Shown: positions 1 through 15,175 of the stretch, piece after piece
Layout of the letters: each line of letters opens with the position of its first letter
Numbering within the stretch: position 1 is the first letter of the stretch
Made by a program: the position numbers and the translations under genes
The notes under the pieces: generated by a model
Told to the model about the DNA's origin: nothing
The model's input: only the letters and a program-made list of their open reading frames with translations
The model's database searches: none
Assembly: GCF_009914755.1 (NCBI RefSeq)
Contig: NC_060925.1
DNA: 64,000 bases
Origin: the human T2T-CHM13v2.0 reference genome, Homo sapiens
Reading direction: 5' to 3' (one strand)

Positions 1-1986
1 AGAAGAATTTGACATTATATTTAATCATTGCATGGTCTTTCAACGTATAAGAAACTGAAATCCTTGGTAGATAAGCAGCCTGGGGCATTTCTTTCTTCAC
101 CACTTTCCTGAAGGCTTCCAGGGTAGAAATACAGAGTGATAGGATGATCTGGGGTGAGCACGGTTATTGGCTGTCTATTTCTAGTTAAAGTCACTGCTTG
201 CTTTGGGAAGTTTGTACAGAGCTCCTCACCCATGGGAGATGGAATAGGCAGATGACATCATCAGCAGGAGTGTTGAGATGTACCCGATGAGGATGCTTTT
301 GGTGGGAAGGGGTTGACAAGTGGTGGGAAGGCTTTGATACCTTCCAGTGATGGGGTTTGAGTGGTAGATACCAGAGTCTGATTTTAGCACTCTGAAAGTG
401 TATGTCTACAGGCAGTAGGAGTGGATGGACAGGGACTCTTACTCATTAATTAAAGGTGCACCTTTAGCAAACTGTCAACTGCCAGGCACAGCAATACTCA
501 GAGTGGGGAGGACAGCCATTGAGAATGTACAGTGCACAAAGCAGTGTGGAGCCTCAGTAGCACAAGCATGACTGCCCCAGTGGGAACAGAGTCATCACAT
601 GAGGGCTCACATCCCACCTAGGCCAGTCCCACAGTTGTGGTGAGGGATGGGAAACCTCAGCCTTCTGTCTTTGTATCAGCAACCAGACTGGGAGAAAATC
701 GCACCTATGGAATTATTAGTAAGGATGCTGTGTCTCTTTATTTCAGAGATATGAGATCTCTTGTCTTGGGAGGTTTTCAGGAAGATGATGGCGTGATGTA
801 TTGTGGTTCTAGGGAATATATGCATCCATTTACTAAGCTTTCCATATCTTGCCTATCTGGAGGTTTAAACTATGAAGCTTAGTGTACCAACTCCATCTAA
901 AAGTACTACTACACATTGGTAAATATTTAGTGGTGCCTTTGATTCCAGATGCAAGTATCATATTGATAGACGGCCTAACCAATATGAATTACAGAGGTAG
1001 AAATGTCTATATTTGACCTAGTCATCTGTTACCTGTGATAGATGTTTGATTTGTCTGTTCTGGGACAGTGATAGGGTGCTTGGTGTAGAAGAACTTGTGT
1101 CAAAGGAGCAGGCCAAAGACTTTGCTTCTAGAACACAGGTGGAAGAAGAGGGGGTGTAAGGGATGGGTAGCATCCTTTAAGAGGCTTTCAAAGGCTTGAA
1201 ACCATGAGTTTAGCACAGAGTTTTTCAGAAAGCTTGGCTAAGAAATGCCGTAATAAGAAAAGGCTGTCCTCAGTTGAAACTGTCACCTTTAAAGTCCATA
1301 ATAATCAAAATATGTGAACCACCTATCCACAGACACAGTTGCAAATAAAGAATTGTCATTAATTAGTGCTGGATTGTCAATGTTGGTGAACTCATTGTGG
1401 AATTAAGAGCAAAATCACAATATAGTTCCAACCGTGCATTGGATAATAACAATTAGGAATTCAAGTTTTAATTGTAACCCCAAAGAACGATACATCAAAT
1501 GCTAATCTGCCCTAATGCTTGAGACTAATACCTCTAATACTAAATAATATATTTAATACCTGCTAATAAAATATTGCTATGCTCTGCAAGCACACTCATG
1601 CATCAACAGCCAAAAACATAAATGAATATCACTTCCAATACTGGGTATTACAATAGTTTAGTTCCAGTTCTTCTGTGTTTTTTTTCTTTATCAAAATATA
1701 AAAATAGTGGTCATGATAGGCAGAGCTGCCTTGTAAGTAGACAGAATATGTTGCCGACATGATGTCCTGTCCCAAAATACCACTTGAAAGTCTGCAATTT
1801 CATCAGATGGGTCGATTCTCTTGCATTTCAGAAAAGTCTCTCTCTTTTTTTTTTTGCCATTATATTCTGCATGAAAACTAAAATGCCCTGAAAAAGAAAT
1901 CAGTCTTAGAAGTTAACCCAATGGCAAGATAGAAAATTAGATTTTTGGAGTTGGAAGATTTTTAGAGGTCATCCGGTCCAATCTCA

Positions 1987-2723
<737 letters not shown>

Positions 2724-3870
2724 CTACCTCTCTTTACCAATAAGTGACATTTGGGTCCTAGAGATGACAGGGACCCTGGCCAGGCCTTAGGAGTGTGGGG
2801 ATGGAGGAGAGAAGGCAATTTTCCACAGAGAAGAAGGCTTCTATGAGATGGAAGTATCTTCACACTTTTCCCTGTAATTGATTTTAGCAAAAATAATCAG
2901 CTACTGTGACAAGTGAAGGAAAAGGACTGATGTTTCACCCCTTAGAAGCTTGAAGCACAGAGTAGGCATTTTTCCATCTAGGCTGGAAATAGAGTGATTA
3001 ACTTGCTGGTTTCCTGATGACCACCATCTCAGCTCCATGCTTTTTAATTGCAACATCCTGCCTTCAATTTGTTGCTATTTTCTATAAACCACCAATTGGA
3101 GAGTTTGAATGTCATTAAAAATTTGATAATTTCTGAAAACATCTTCCATGTGAAGTCTAGAGGTGACTGGGTCCCACCAGCATCCAAAGGTCTCGCACTG
3201 TATAGTTCCTGTGGTCTGAATCTAGGGTCATGGCCAAGGAGAGTAATGAAGTGATACTCTGCTGTATACTAAGAGTCCTGGCTCCTACCGACAGCAAACC
3301 ACAAAGAGCAAGGGCCAAGGGAGTCATTTTACCCAAGAAACAAAACTGTGGCTTGCACTCCTGGCATGCTTTCCTTCTCTCTAGAACACGCACTACGCAT
3401 GTTAAGGAGGAAGGATAGATTGGGAAATTTAGGTAGTCTGATGGCATTAGACACACAGATTTCTTCTGGTTTCTCATTCTGGTACTGCTACCAGCCAGCT
3501 CTGTCATCGTGAGGAAGTCTCTCCACTTCTCTGACCCCCAGTTTGCTCCCCTATGGAAGAGGAAGTTGGAGTTCCCATGCAGGTACTAATTGTATTTCTG
3601 TTATCATTTCATGATGTTACAAGCAGTGTGGCACAGGCACAGGAGACTGTGTAAGATGTAAAGTCAGATCTGGATTTGCATGTTGGATCCATACTTACCA
3701 TTTAAGTGACCTTTATTCTTCATTTGTCTCATATGTCACTCAACTGCTACATCCTCACCTCCCTAAAATTTTTCATTCCCTTCTCTTTCTGAACATTTAC
3801 CTCCTTGCATATGTTTGCTCCATACTCCCCAACATCCAGAATGTGTCCCTTCAATTCCCTAAAATTCCAT

Positions 3871-3930
3871 CTTCCTTCCTTCCTTCCTTCCTTCCTTCCT
3901 TCCTTCCTTCCTTCCTTCCTTCCTTCCTTC
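3871..3930. repeat. (CTTC)n tetranucleotide microsatellite, about 15 units
   Basis: Seen directly; explains the KEGR-repeat ORF 3747-3932. Confidence 0.98.
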
Positions 3931-4447
3931 ACTAAGTGATAGGCACTAGGCTAGGTGCAGGATATTCAAAACTCTACACAACATGTTTCCAGAACATAAA
4001 CAATTGTGCAATATGATGTGGGGTGGGGAGCAGGCAGTGGGATGTATGAACAATTCAGAGTGGAGCATTCTTAGTAGGGATGTACAAAGTACTGATGGAA
4101 CATAGAAAGAGAGCATGTGACTCCCTGGAAGAGACTCTAATGGCATTTGTTGTGAGGCTTCTAATAAAGCTGGAGCAATGTTCCAAGTGTCCAGATGTTT
4201 TACATCTCAGTAGAGGGAAAGATTTAAAATATAACATGTGCATCCCTTCTCAGAGAGCATAAAAGAGCAATAAGAGCAGCAGAGCCCCATTGAAGCCACA
4301 CACTATGTGTTTGGTGCCCTAATTTCTGACTCCTGAGCATCAAGTTAGCACTTGTTACTCAGTTCAAGGAATACTTGTGGGACTTCCATGGGAGCTCTGT
4401 TTGGTAAATGAGATGCCTCCACTCCTTAAGGTGCAATGTGTGTAACC

Positions 4448-4583
4448 AGTGCTTCCCTGACTTTAATTAACCTGCAGATTCTGACTCACTAAGTCTGTAG
4501 TGGGCCCCAGATTCTGCATTTATAACAAGCCCCCAGGTGATGCTGATGCTGCTGGTCCATGGACCACACTTTGAGGAGCAAGC
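4448..4583. mobile_element. MER5A-like hAT-Charlie MITE
   Basis: GATTCTGCATTTATAACAAGCCCCCAGGTGATGCTGATGCTGCTGGTCCATGGACCACACTTTGAG matches the MER5 core as I recall it. Confidence 0.8.
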
Positions 4584-5414
4584 TCCTGGAGAGCATGCCT
4601 ATTATATTCCTGCAGTACTCAGGGCTCGAAAGTAAGAGCTTCCTGGGAAGGACAGAGGCTAAGAAACCAAAGGGTCAATTGCTGGCTCTGAGGTAGTGAC
4701 TTCACTTATGAAAATCTTGGTGCTTTACTGGCCTTTATTTTCTTAACCAATTAGAAGCCAAGTGTCTGACCTATACAAATGGAGTGAGAATAGGAAGCTG
4801 AGAGAAAAGAAAGGAAACTTAACTAAGTCAAAATTCTGAGGGCTCTGAGCTAGCTGGCTTATCAATGTGTGTTTACAGATAAGCAGCCCCATGGACCAGC
4901 TGAATCATGCTGGCTGAATAAAGGTCTTTTCCCCAAAGCATATCAAAGCAAATCTGTTCAGAAGTAGAACAGCGAGTATCTGTCATTCTACAAAAACATA
5001 CATCAGACAAGGTGATTAAATCCACACCAACAACGTACAAGCACCCAGAACTCCCAGACTTTAGACTACTTAGGTGCCAGGTACCTAAGTGCCCCTAGGC
5101 ACCCCATGTAAAAACTGAAATGAATTATTTTTGTTTTCAGTTCTATCCTTCTCTCTTCCAACCTGTGTGATTACCACCCTTGCATCATTAATAAAAACAA
5201 CTGCCAGAATTTTTGTAGGGTTATTCTTCCAAAGATTTCAGGACTTGGAAGAATGAATCAATCCAAATTACTTATTAAGCATTTTCAGCTAGGAGGTGTG
5301 GGAAACAAAGCAAACATGGGCTTAGTATGTACATTTTCTTAATTCTAAAGGTTTGCAGATGACTTAGAAAATGAAACTTGTGGGAAAGTGCCATAGCTAA
5401 GTAAAAGAAGGAAC

Positions 5415-5640
5415 GGGATTTAGTGTGCTTTCTGGAGTCAGGCTGCCTTGACTCAACCCCGTCACTGCCACTTACAAGATGTGAATGGCTGGGTATGTCA
5501 TTTAATTTATTTGAGCCTCAGTTTGCACATCTGTGAAAGAACAGCAATGAAGTATGTATCTCATAGGATATTGTGATGGTCAAATAAGATAAAACATATA
5601 AAGAGCAGGGGCAGGCTTAGAGCACATGCTCAATAAGCAT
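5415..5640 (+). mobile_element. MIR SINE
   Basis: CTGGAGTCAGGCTGCC...GAGCCTCAGTTTGCACATCTGTGAAA MIR core. Confidence 0.75.
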
Positions 5641-6397
5641 AGGGTTTTTCATTCTGTTAGATAGTTTCTATGTTTGAAGAAGAGGCAAGGGAAGGGAAAG
5701 GGAAGGAAGGAGAGGGGAGGGGTGGGAAGAAAAGGAAACATCCATGTTATCTACCTGCAGAAGCAAACTTCCTGGAAACAAAGAGGAATTTATCATCTGG
5801 GCCGTTATATAAGAGTCATCGAGTAATGTAATGAAAAGGCTCTTCAATTACAGTTTTGTGGAAGACACAGATAAGCCACTGAAATAGATATTTTTTATGT
5901 AGACCCTCTATAAAAGCAGAGAATATAATATTACAGCATAACTCATTGCTGAAATGAGTTAGGCTGTGCCCTGCTGGGTCATGTGGCCTAGGAACATTGT
6001 TTTGATGATACAGCTTATTACAGTGATAGAGCTTGGAGTGTCTAAGAAAATGGCTAGTTAACATGCCCATTAGACTGCCTCTTTCAAATAGCACATCTTA
6101 AGAGCACTTACGGCAAGTACCGGATTGCAGTCAATCCCTGGTTGAATTCTTTGATGAGGAACCAGGGTGCAGTACTGCCATAAGGCTTTTAGATACAGAC
6201 AGAAGGGAAGCAGCATTTATATTCCTGTTATAATAGAAGTATAAGAAGTGCATAGGCTGAAAGGTGAAGGATAATGTTCCAAGCAATGGGAGCACCTATG
6301 TCTAGGCACAAATTCCTAGACACAATGATAAGTCAGCCTGATGTTCACATTCCATACCCAGCCTCCTGGGCCAATGCCTTCCATTTCATTCCTCTTT

Positions 6398-8330
6398 TAT
6401 AAATAACAGCTTTATGGATGTATGATTCATACACCAAAAATTTCACCCCTTTAAGGTGTACAATTCAGTAATTTTTATTCAAAATGTTGTGCATAGATTG
6501 CCACTATCCAATTCCAGAACATTTATATCACCCAAGAAAGAAATCGTATACCCAGTAGCAGTCATTCCCCATTCTTCACCAGCCCCCAACTCCTGGCAGT
6601 CTCTATTTCCTGTCTCCGTGGATTTGCCTATTTCAAACATTTCATATAAATGGAATCATATACTATGTGGCCTTCTGTGTCTGCTGTCTTTCTCTTAGCA
6701 TAATGTTTTCAAGGTTCATCTAGGCTGCAGCAGGCATCAGTATATCATTCCTTTTTATGACTGAATAATATTCCATTGAATGAATATAGCACATTTTTGT
6801 TTATTTATTCATCAGATTATGGTTATTTGTATTGTTTACACGTTTTGGCTATTTTCAATAATGCTGCTATAAACATTTGTGTTTTCAGTTGTTTTGGGTA
6901 TATGCCTAACATGGAATTACTGGGCACCGTGGAACTCTATAATATTTTAAGGAACCGTCAGTCCATTTTCCAAAGCAGCTGCACCATTTTACACTCCCAT
7001 TAGCACATTCTTTTCAACATATGTCATTATCTGTCTTGATTATTGCCATCGTAGTGGGTGGGAAATGGTATCTCATTGTCATTTTCATTTACATTTCCCT
7101 AACAACTAGTGATATTGAGCATCATTTCATATGCTTATTGGTCATTTGTATACCTTCTTTGGAAAAAATGTCTATTTAAATATTTTTTTCATCTTTTTAA
7201 ATGGGCTACTTTTCTTTTTACTGTTCAGTTCTAGGAGTTCTTTCTTTATATATTCTGCATACAAGAACTTTATCAGATATATGGTTTATAAATATTTTCT
7301 CCCATTGAGTGAATAGTTCTTTTACTTTCTTGATAGTGCCCTTTGGACCATAAGTTAAGTTTTGATGAAGATCAATTTTTCTACCTTTTTGTTGCTGTTT
7401 ATACTTTTGGTGTCATATCTTAGGAAGCATTGCCAAATCGAAGGTCACAAAGATTTATGTCTGTGTTTTATTTTGAGAGTTTCATAGTTGTATCTCTTAG
7501 TTTAAGGCCTTTGATCCATTTTGTTTTAATTACTGTATATGGTATAAGATTGGGGTCCAACTTTATTATTTTGCACGTGGATGTCCAGTTGTCTCAGCAC
7601 CATTTGTTGAAAAGCCCTCTTCCCTTGTGGAATTTTCTTGGCACATGTATCAAAATCGATTGACCATAAATGTATGGCTTGATTTCCAGCCCCTCAATTC
7701 TATTTTATTGATCTATGTGTCTATTTTTATACCACTACAAAAAAGGCATTGTCTTTATTGTTGTATCTTTGTAGTACATTTTGAAATCAGGAAACGTATA
7801 TCCTTTAACTTTGTTTTTCCTTGTCATGATTTTTTGGCTATTCTGGGTCCCTTGCATTTTCATATAAATTTTAAGTTTAGTTAATCAAATTCTGCTAAAC
7901 AAAGACAGCTGGGATTTAATGGCAATTGTGTAGAATCTGTGAATCAATCTGGGGACTGTTTTTATCTTAACAATATTAAGTTTTCTGATCTGTGAACACA
8001 GAATGTCTTTTCATTGATTTAAGTCTTTAATTTCTCTTGATAATGGTTTATAGTTTTCAGTATACAACTCTTATACTTCTTTTGTTATATTTCTTCCTAA
8101 GTATTTTATTCTTTTTGATGATACTGTAAATGAAATTGTTTCCCTAATTTAATGTTTGGATTGTTCATTGTTTATGTATAGAACTACAATTAATTTTTGT
8201 ATTTTGATCTTATATCCTGCAACCTTGTTAAACTTATTAACTCTCATTCATTAGGGCTTTTTTGTATGTGAATTCCTTAGAGTTTTCAATATGCAAGATC
8301 ATATCATCCCCTATTATAGATAATTTTGCT
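6398..8330 (-). mobile_element. Old L1 (L1MB-like), 3' UTR plus ORF2 3' part
   Basis: T-rich antisense L1 text (AATAACAGCTTTAT...TTTCATATAAATGGAATCATA...CAGCACCATTTGTTGAAAAG); no intact ORF. Confidence 0.9.
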
Positions 8331-8334
8331 ATGC

Positions 8335-10921
8335 CCTTCATATGTAATGCCCCTTCTTTGGCAAGTATATTCTGGCTCTTGCTTTCAGAGCAGGGGGAGG
8401 ACAAATTCTTTCTTATATTCTTACTAGAAGTATCTGAGATAATTGTTTTACTGTAGAGTCAAACTGGCTTACGAAAAATATTACTCTCAGCACTATCTGT
8501 TGGTACATAAAGGCAATCAAAAGCTAATATGGTAAAAGGATGAGAACAATTAATAATCCAGGGTATTTATTCAAAGATCTTAACCCATCTCCAACATTCT
8601 TACCTATCCCCAAGGACCACTGTACACCAGCACTAAATGAATCAGGCTTAGTAAATGGGAATCCCATTCATAGCCTCCATCCTTGCCATGTGGCTATGTA
8701 GTTCACGCACCCATTTTACCAGTACCAGAGTTGCCAATAAAAGGGATTGGCTTTCATCAGCTGACCAAGTCATTACATCTAGTTGTTTAATACCTTTTCT
8801 GTAATAGATGTTCTCTGGTGGGCACTACCATGCAATTCAAAAACCTTCATACTTCCTGTCCACTTCTATAGATCTATCCACGTGTCTCTTACCCAGACCT
8901 CCTTGTCTCTAATCATCTAATCTTTCTTTTTCCATGTTCTTGACCAAACAACCAAGCCATTCATCCTTGCCCATCAGTTCATGTATCTATCTTTCTGCCT
9001 TTGGCCACTGTTCTTTCAACACAAAGTTGATGACCAATGGCACACCACATCAGATTTCTTCCTATTGGGAGGATTTCCCTCATCACTATCTGTCAGAAGC
9101 TCACTATAAATAAAGCTTGGTCATTTTACCTCTCTTTTAGGTGATTGTCAAGGCTCTTCTATTAAGCCATATGTGTGAGCTTTGAAAGAAATGCTAGTAC
9201 AACAGAGAGGGATGGCATGGCGCTGTGTGCCACCTGTTGCTTAGCTTACTTATGCTCTCCAACCCTGCTTGTGCCAAATCTTGGCTGTACCATGTCCATC
9301 TTAGAATGGATTGCTGCAAGGCTGGCCCCAACTTATGACAGGGTGGCTTTGACTCACCTCACCTAGTAAGAGGGAGCTCTGGTGCCCATAAGGTTCCTTG
9401 GTGCTTTATGGTTAAAAGCTCTGTATTTACTAGGGCCCAGTATCACAACAGGAACTACTTTTGGATGGTGTATAGTTCTTTGTTATAGATGGCATGGACT
9501 TTTTCCAAAACCCCAGAATTCCAAGGCTTTCCATAAACTCTATACATGATGCTTCCTATCATTGATGTCTCTACTACTATAGGGGCTCCTAGGTTACATG
9601 GCTTAAGTGTCAAGACCATTTTTACCACAGCCTTGTCCTTCTGCTGAGAGCTCTTTCCAGCTCTGAACAATACTCAAAGCTCACAGACTTTTGTGTTATC
9701 CATCAAATGGCTCACAGTAGTATTCCTTTATGCAAAATATGCTGCCTTCAGAACCAGAATAAACTATCAATATTTGTGCTATTTTTTTTAGTAGCAAGAG
9801 GTGTAAGGTGCAACAATTTTTAATTTAATTTGGAGGGAATATTCTGGTATTCTCCAGAACTGTGGACCCTGTCTTAGTCTATTTTATGCTGCTGTAATGC
9901 AATACCACAGGCTGGATGATTTATAATGAATATAAATTTATTTCTTACAGTTCTGGGTGCTGGGAAGTCCAAAATCAAGGGGCCCACATCTGGCAAGGGC
10001 CTTCTTGCTGCATTATCCTATGACAGAAAGTAGAAGAGCAAGAGAATGTAAAGGGAGATGGGCTGAACCCATTCTTATATCAGGAAGCCACTCCGGCAAT
10101 AACCAAAGCACTCTGCAGTAATGACATTAATCCATTCATAAGTGCAGAGCCTTCATGACATAATCACCTCTTAAAGGCCCTACCACTCAACACTCTTGCA
10201 TGGGAGACTATGTTCCCAACAAACGGATTCATGGGGGGACACATTCAAACCATAGGAGACCCTTAAAAGTGTTATTGATGTGCTGAGTTATGAAGCTTTA
10301 ATCTCCACCTCCTGCAGCATATGTGCTTTGGCCAGACTTCCAATACACTTGCTACTTTTTGCTAATCTGATCTGACTACCATGATACTGGGCCAGTGTGA
10401 TGTTCTGAAGAATGCCAGACACCCCATCTCCCTTCTAGTAATATTATGACAGAGTCAAAGTGTTAACATAACCTGAGAGAAGATCATAATTGTATACTCT
10501 TGTTCTTATCACACAAGTGTGAACTGCTTCTGATTCTCCTTTCTGATAGGGATGGAAAAGAATGCACTCACCAGATCAATAGTCAGGCTAGAGACTGGCG
10601 GCTTCAGTAATCAGCTTTCGTAAATGTACATTTGGCGTAACAGCTACAGTTAGGGCCACTATTTGATTAAGTTTGCAGTAGTAATTCATTCAGCTGTGAT
10701 TCATTCTATTTTAGTAGGGTCCATTCTAGTTAATTGAATAGAGATTTGATACAAACCATCGCCTTTGAATTCTTTGCACCTTTTAAATTAGCACTAATCT
10801 CTACCATTTTCCTTGGTTGCAGTATTAATTTTTTTATTTCCTGTCTTAGTTTGATTGGGGGCACAGATTCACAGGCATCCACTTGGCTTTCCCTACTATA
10901 ATATCTCTTATTCTTCAGGGT
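8335..10921 (-). pseudogene. ERVL-class provirus pol remnant (RT, RNase H, start of integrase), interrupted by an MST LTR
   Basis: Minus-strand translations IDLVSAFFSIPI (~10545-10580; ERVL RT motif IDLANAFFSIP) and NGLVVWSRTWKKKD*MIRDKEVWVRDTWIDL (~8870-8965; ERVL RNase H); many stops and frameshifts. Confidence 0.85.
9870..10257 (-). mobile_element. MaLR solo LTR (MST family) inserted in ERVL pol
   Basis: TGTCTTAGTC...CATTCAAACCATAGGA ends; 5-bp TSD GACCC at 9865-9869 and 10258-10262. Confidence 0.9.
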
Positions 10922-10938
10922 AAGAAACCAATGTGAGG

Positions 10939-13030
<2,092 letters not shown>

Positions 13031-15158
13031 GAAAGCCATCTATGACAAACCCACAGCCAACATCACACTGAAAAGGCAAAAGCTGGAATCATTACCCTTG
13101 AGAACTAGAACAAGACAAGGATGCCCACTCCGGTCCTATTCAACATAGTACTGAAATTCCTAGACAGAGTAATCAGGTAAGAGAAATAAACAAAAGTCAT
13201 CCAAATAGGAAAAGAAGAAGTCAAACTATCTCCCTCCTTTGACAATATGATATAAACCTAGAAAACCCTAAAGACTCCAACAAAAGGTTCCTAGAACTGA
13301 TAAACAACTTTAGTAAAATTTCAGGATACAAAATCAGTGTACAAAAATGAGTAACATTTCTATACACAAACAACACTCAGGCTGAGTGAAATCAAGAACA
13401 CAATCCCATTTACAGTAGCCACAAAGAAAATGAAATACCTAGGAATACAGGTGGCCAAAGAGAACTACAAAACACTGCTGAAAGAAATCAAAGATGTCAC
13501 AAATAAATGGAAAAACATTCCATGCTCATGGATTGGAAGAATCAATATCATTAAAATGCCCATACTGCCCAAAGCAATTTATAGATTCTATGATATTTCT
13601 ATTGAACTACCATCATCATTTTTCACAGAATTAGAAAAAACTACTCTAAAATTCATACGGAACCAAAAAAGAGCACCAATAGCCAAAGCAATCCTAAGCA
13701 AAAGACCGAAGCTGGAGACATCACACTACTTAATTTCAAACTATACTATAAAGCTATAGTAACTAAAATAGCAGGTACTGGTGCAAAAACAGACACATAG
13801 ACCAATAGAAAAGAATAGAAAACTCATAATTAAAGCTGCACACCTATAATAATATGATCTTTAATAAGGCTGACAAAAACAAGCAATGGGGAAAGGCCTC
13901 CTATTCAATTAACTGTATTGGGATAACTGCCTAGCCATATGCAGAAGATTAAAACTAGAACCATACTTTTTACCACACTAAAAAAATGGCTGAAAATCAT
14001 CATAGATTTAAATGTAAGACCTCAAACTAAAAGAAAACTTTGGAAATACTCTTCTTGACATGAGCCTTGGCCAATAATTTTTGACTAAGTCCCCAAAAGC
14101 CACTGCAACAAAAACAAAAATTGACAAGTGGGACCTAATTAAACTGAAAAGTTCTACACAGCAAAAGAAACTATCAACAGGTAAACAGACAACTTACAGA
14201 ATGGGAGAAAATATTCATAAACTATTTATCTGACAAAGATCTAATATCCAGATAATCTGGTCTATGAGAAACTTAAATAAACAAGCAAAAACCAAATAAC
14301 CCCATTAAAACATGGGCAAAGGACATGAACAGACAATTCTCAAAAGAAGACATAAAAGCAGCCAAAAACATTTGAAAAAATGCTCAACATCACGAATCAT
14401 CAGAGAAATGCAAATCAAAATCACAATGAGATACCATCTCACACCAGTCAGAATGGTTATTATTAAAAAGTCAAAAAACAACAGATGATGGTGAGGCTAT
14501 AGAGAAAAAGAAATGCTTATACACTGTTAGTGGGAATGTAAATTAGTTCTGCTACAGTGGAAAGCAGTTTGGAGATTTCTCAAAGAATTTAATACAGAAC
14601 TACCATTTGATCCAGTAATCCCATTCCTGGGTATATACCCAAAGGAAAATAAATTCTTCTATCAAGAAGACACATGCACTTGGATATTTATACAGCACTA
14701 TTCACAATAGCAAAGACATTAAATCCAATAGGTGCCTATCAATGGTAGATTGGATAAAGAAAATGTGGTACGTATACACCATGGAATATGACGTAGCCGT
14801 AAAAAGAATGAAATAATGTCCTTTACAGCAACCTGGAAGCAGCTGGAGACCATAATTCTAAGTGAATTAACACAGAAACAGAAAACCATATACCACGTGT
14901 TTTCACTTATAAGTGGGTGCTAAACATTGAGCACACATAGACATAAACAATGGAGCCATGGACACTGAGGACTACTAGAGCAGGGAGGGAAGGAGGGATG
15001 TGTGGGTTGAAAAACTACCTTTGGTGTACTATGCTCACTACCTGGATGATAGACAGGAGCATTCACACCCCAAACCTCAGCATCATGCACTATATCCATG
15101 TAGCAAACCTGCACATATACCCATTGTGTATAAAATAAAAGTAGAAAGAAAAAAATAG
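13031..15158 (+). mobile_element. L1 non-inverted 3' segment (rest of ORF2, 3' UTR, A tail)
   Basis: Starts [11 protein letters not shown]; ORF 13430-13759 (KYLGI...[17 protein letters not shown]) is an L1 ORF2 fragment; AATAAA and A-rich tail; right TSD at 15159-15175. Confidence 0.95.
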
Positions 15159-15175
15159 AAGAAACCAATGTGAGG

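Noticed and set aside
5067-5089. Short inverted repeat ACTTAGGTGCC-A-GGTACCTAAGT
   Set aside because: An 11-bp arm with one mismatch and no context; not distinguishable from chance or a decayed MITE
13430-13759. 109-aa ORF with RT-family similarity
   Set aside because: Fragment of a dead, inverted L1 ORF2 bounded by frameshifts; not a gene
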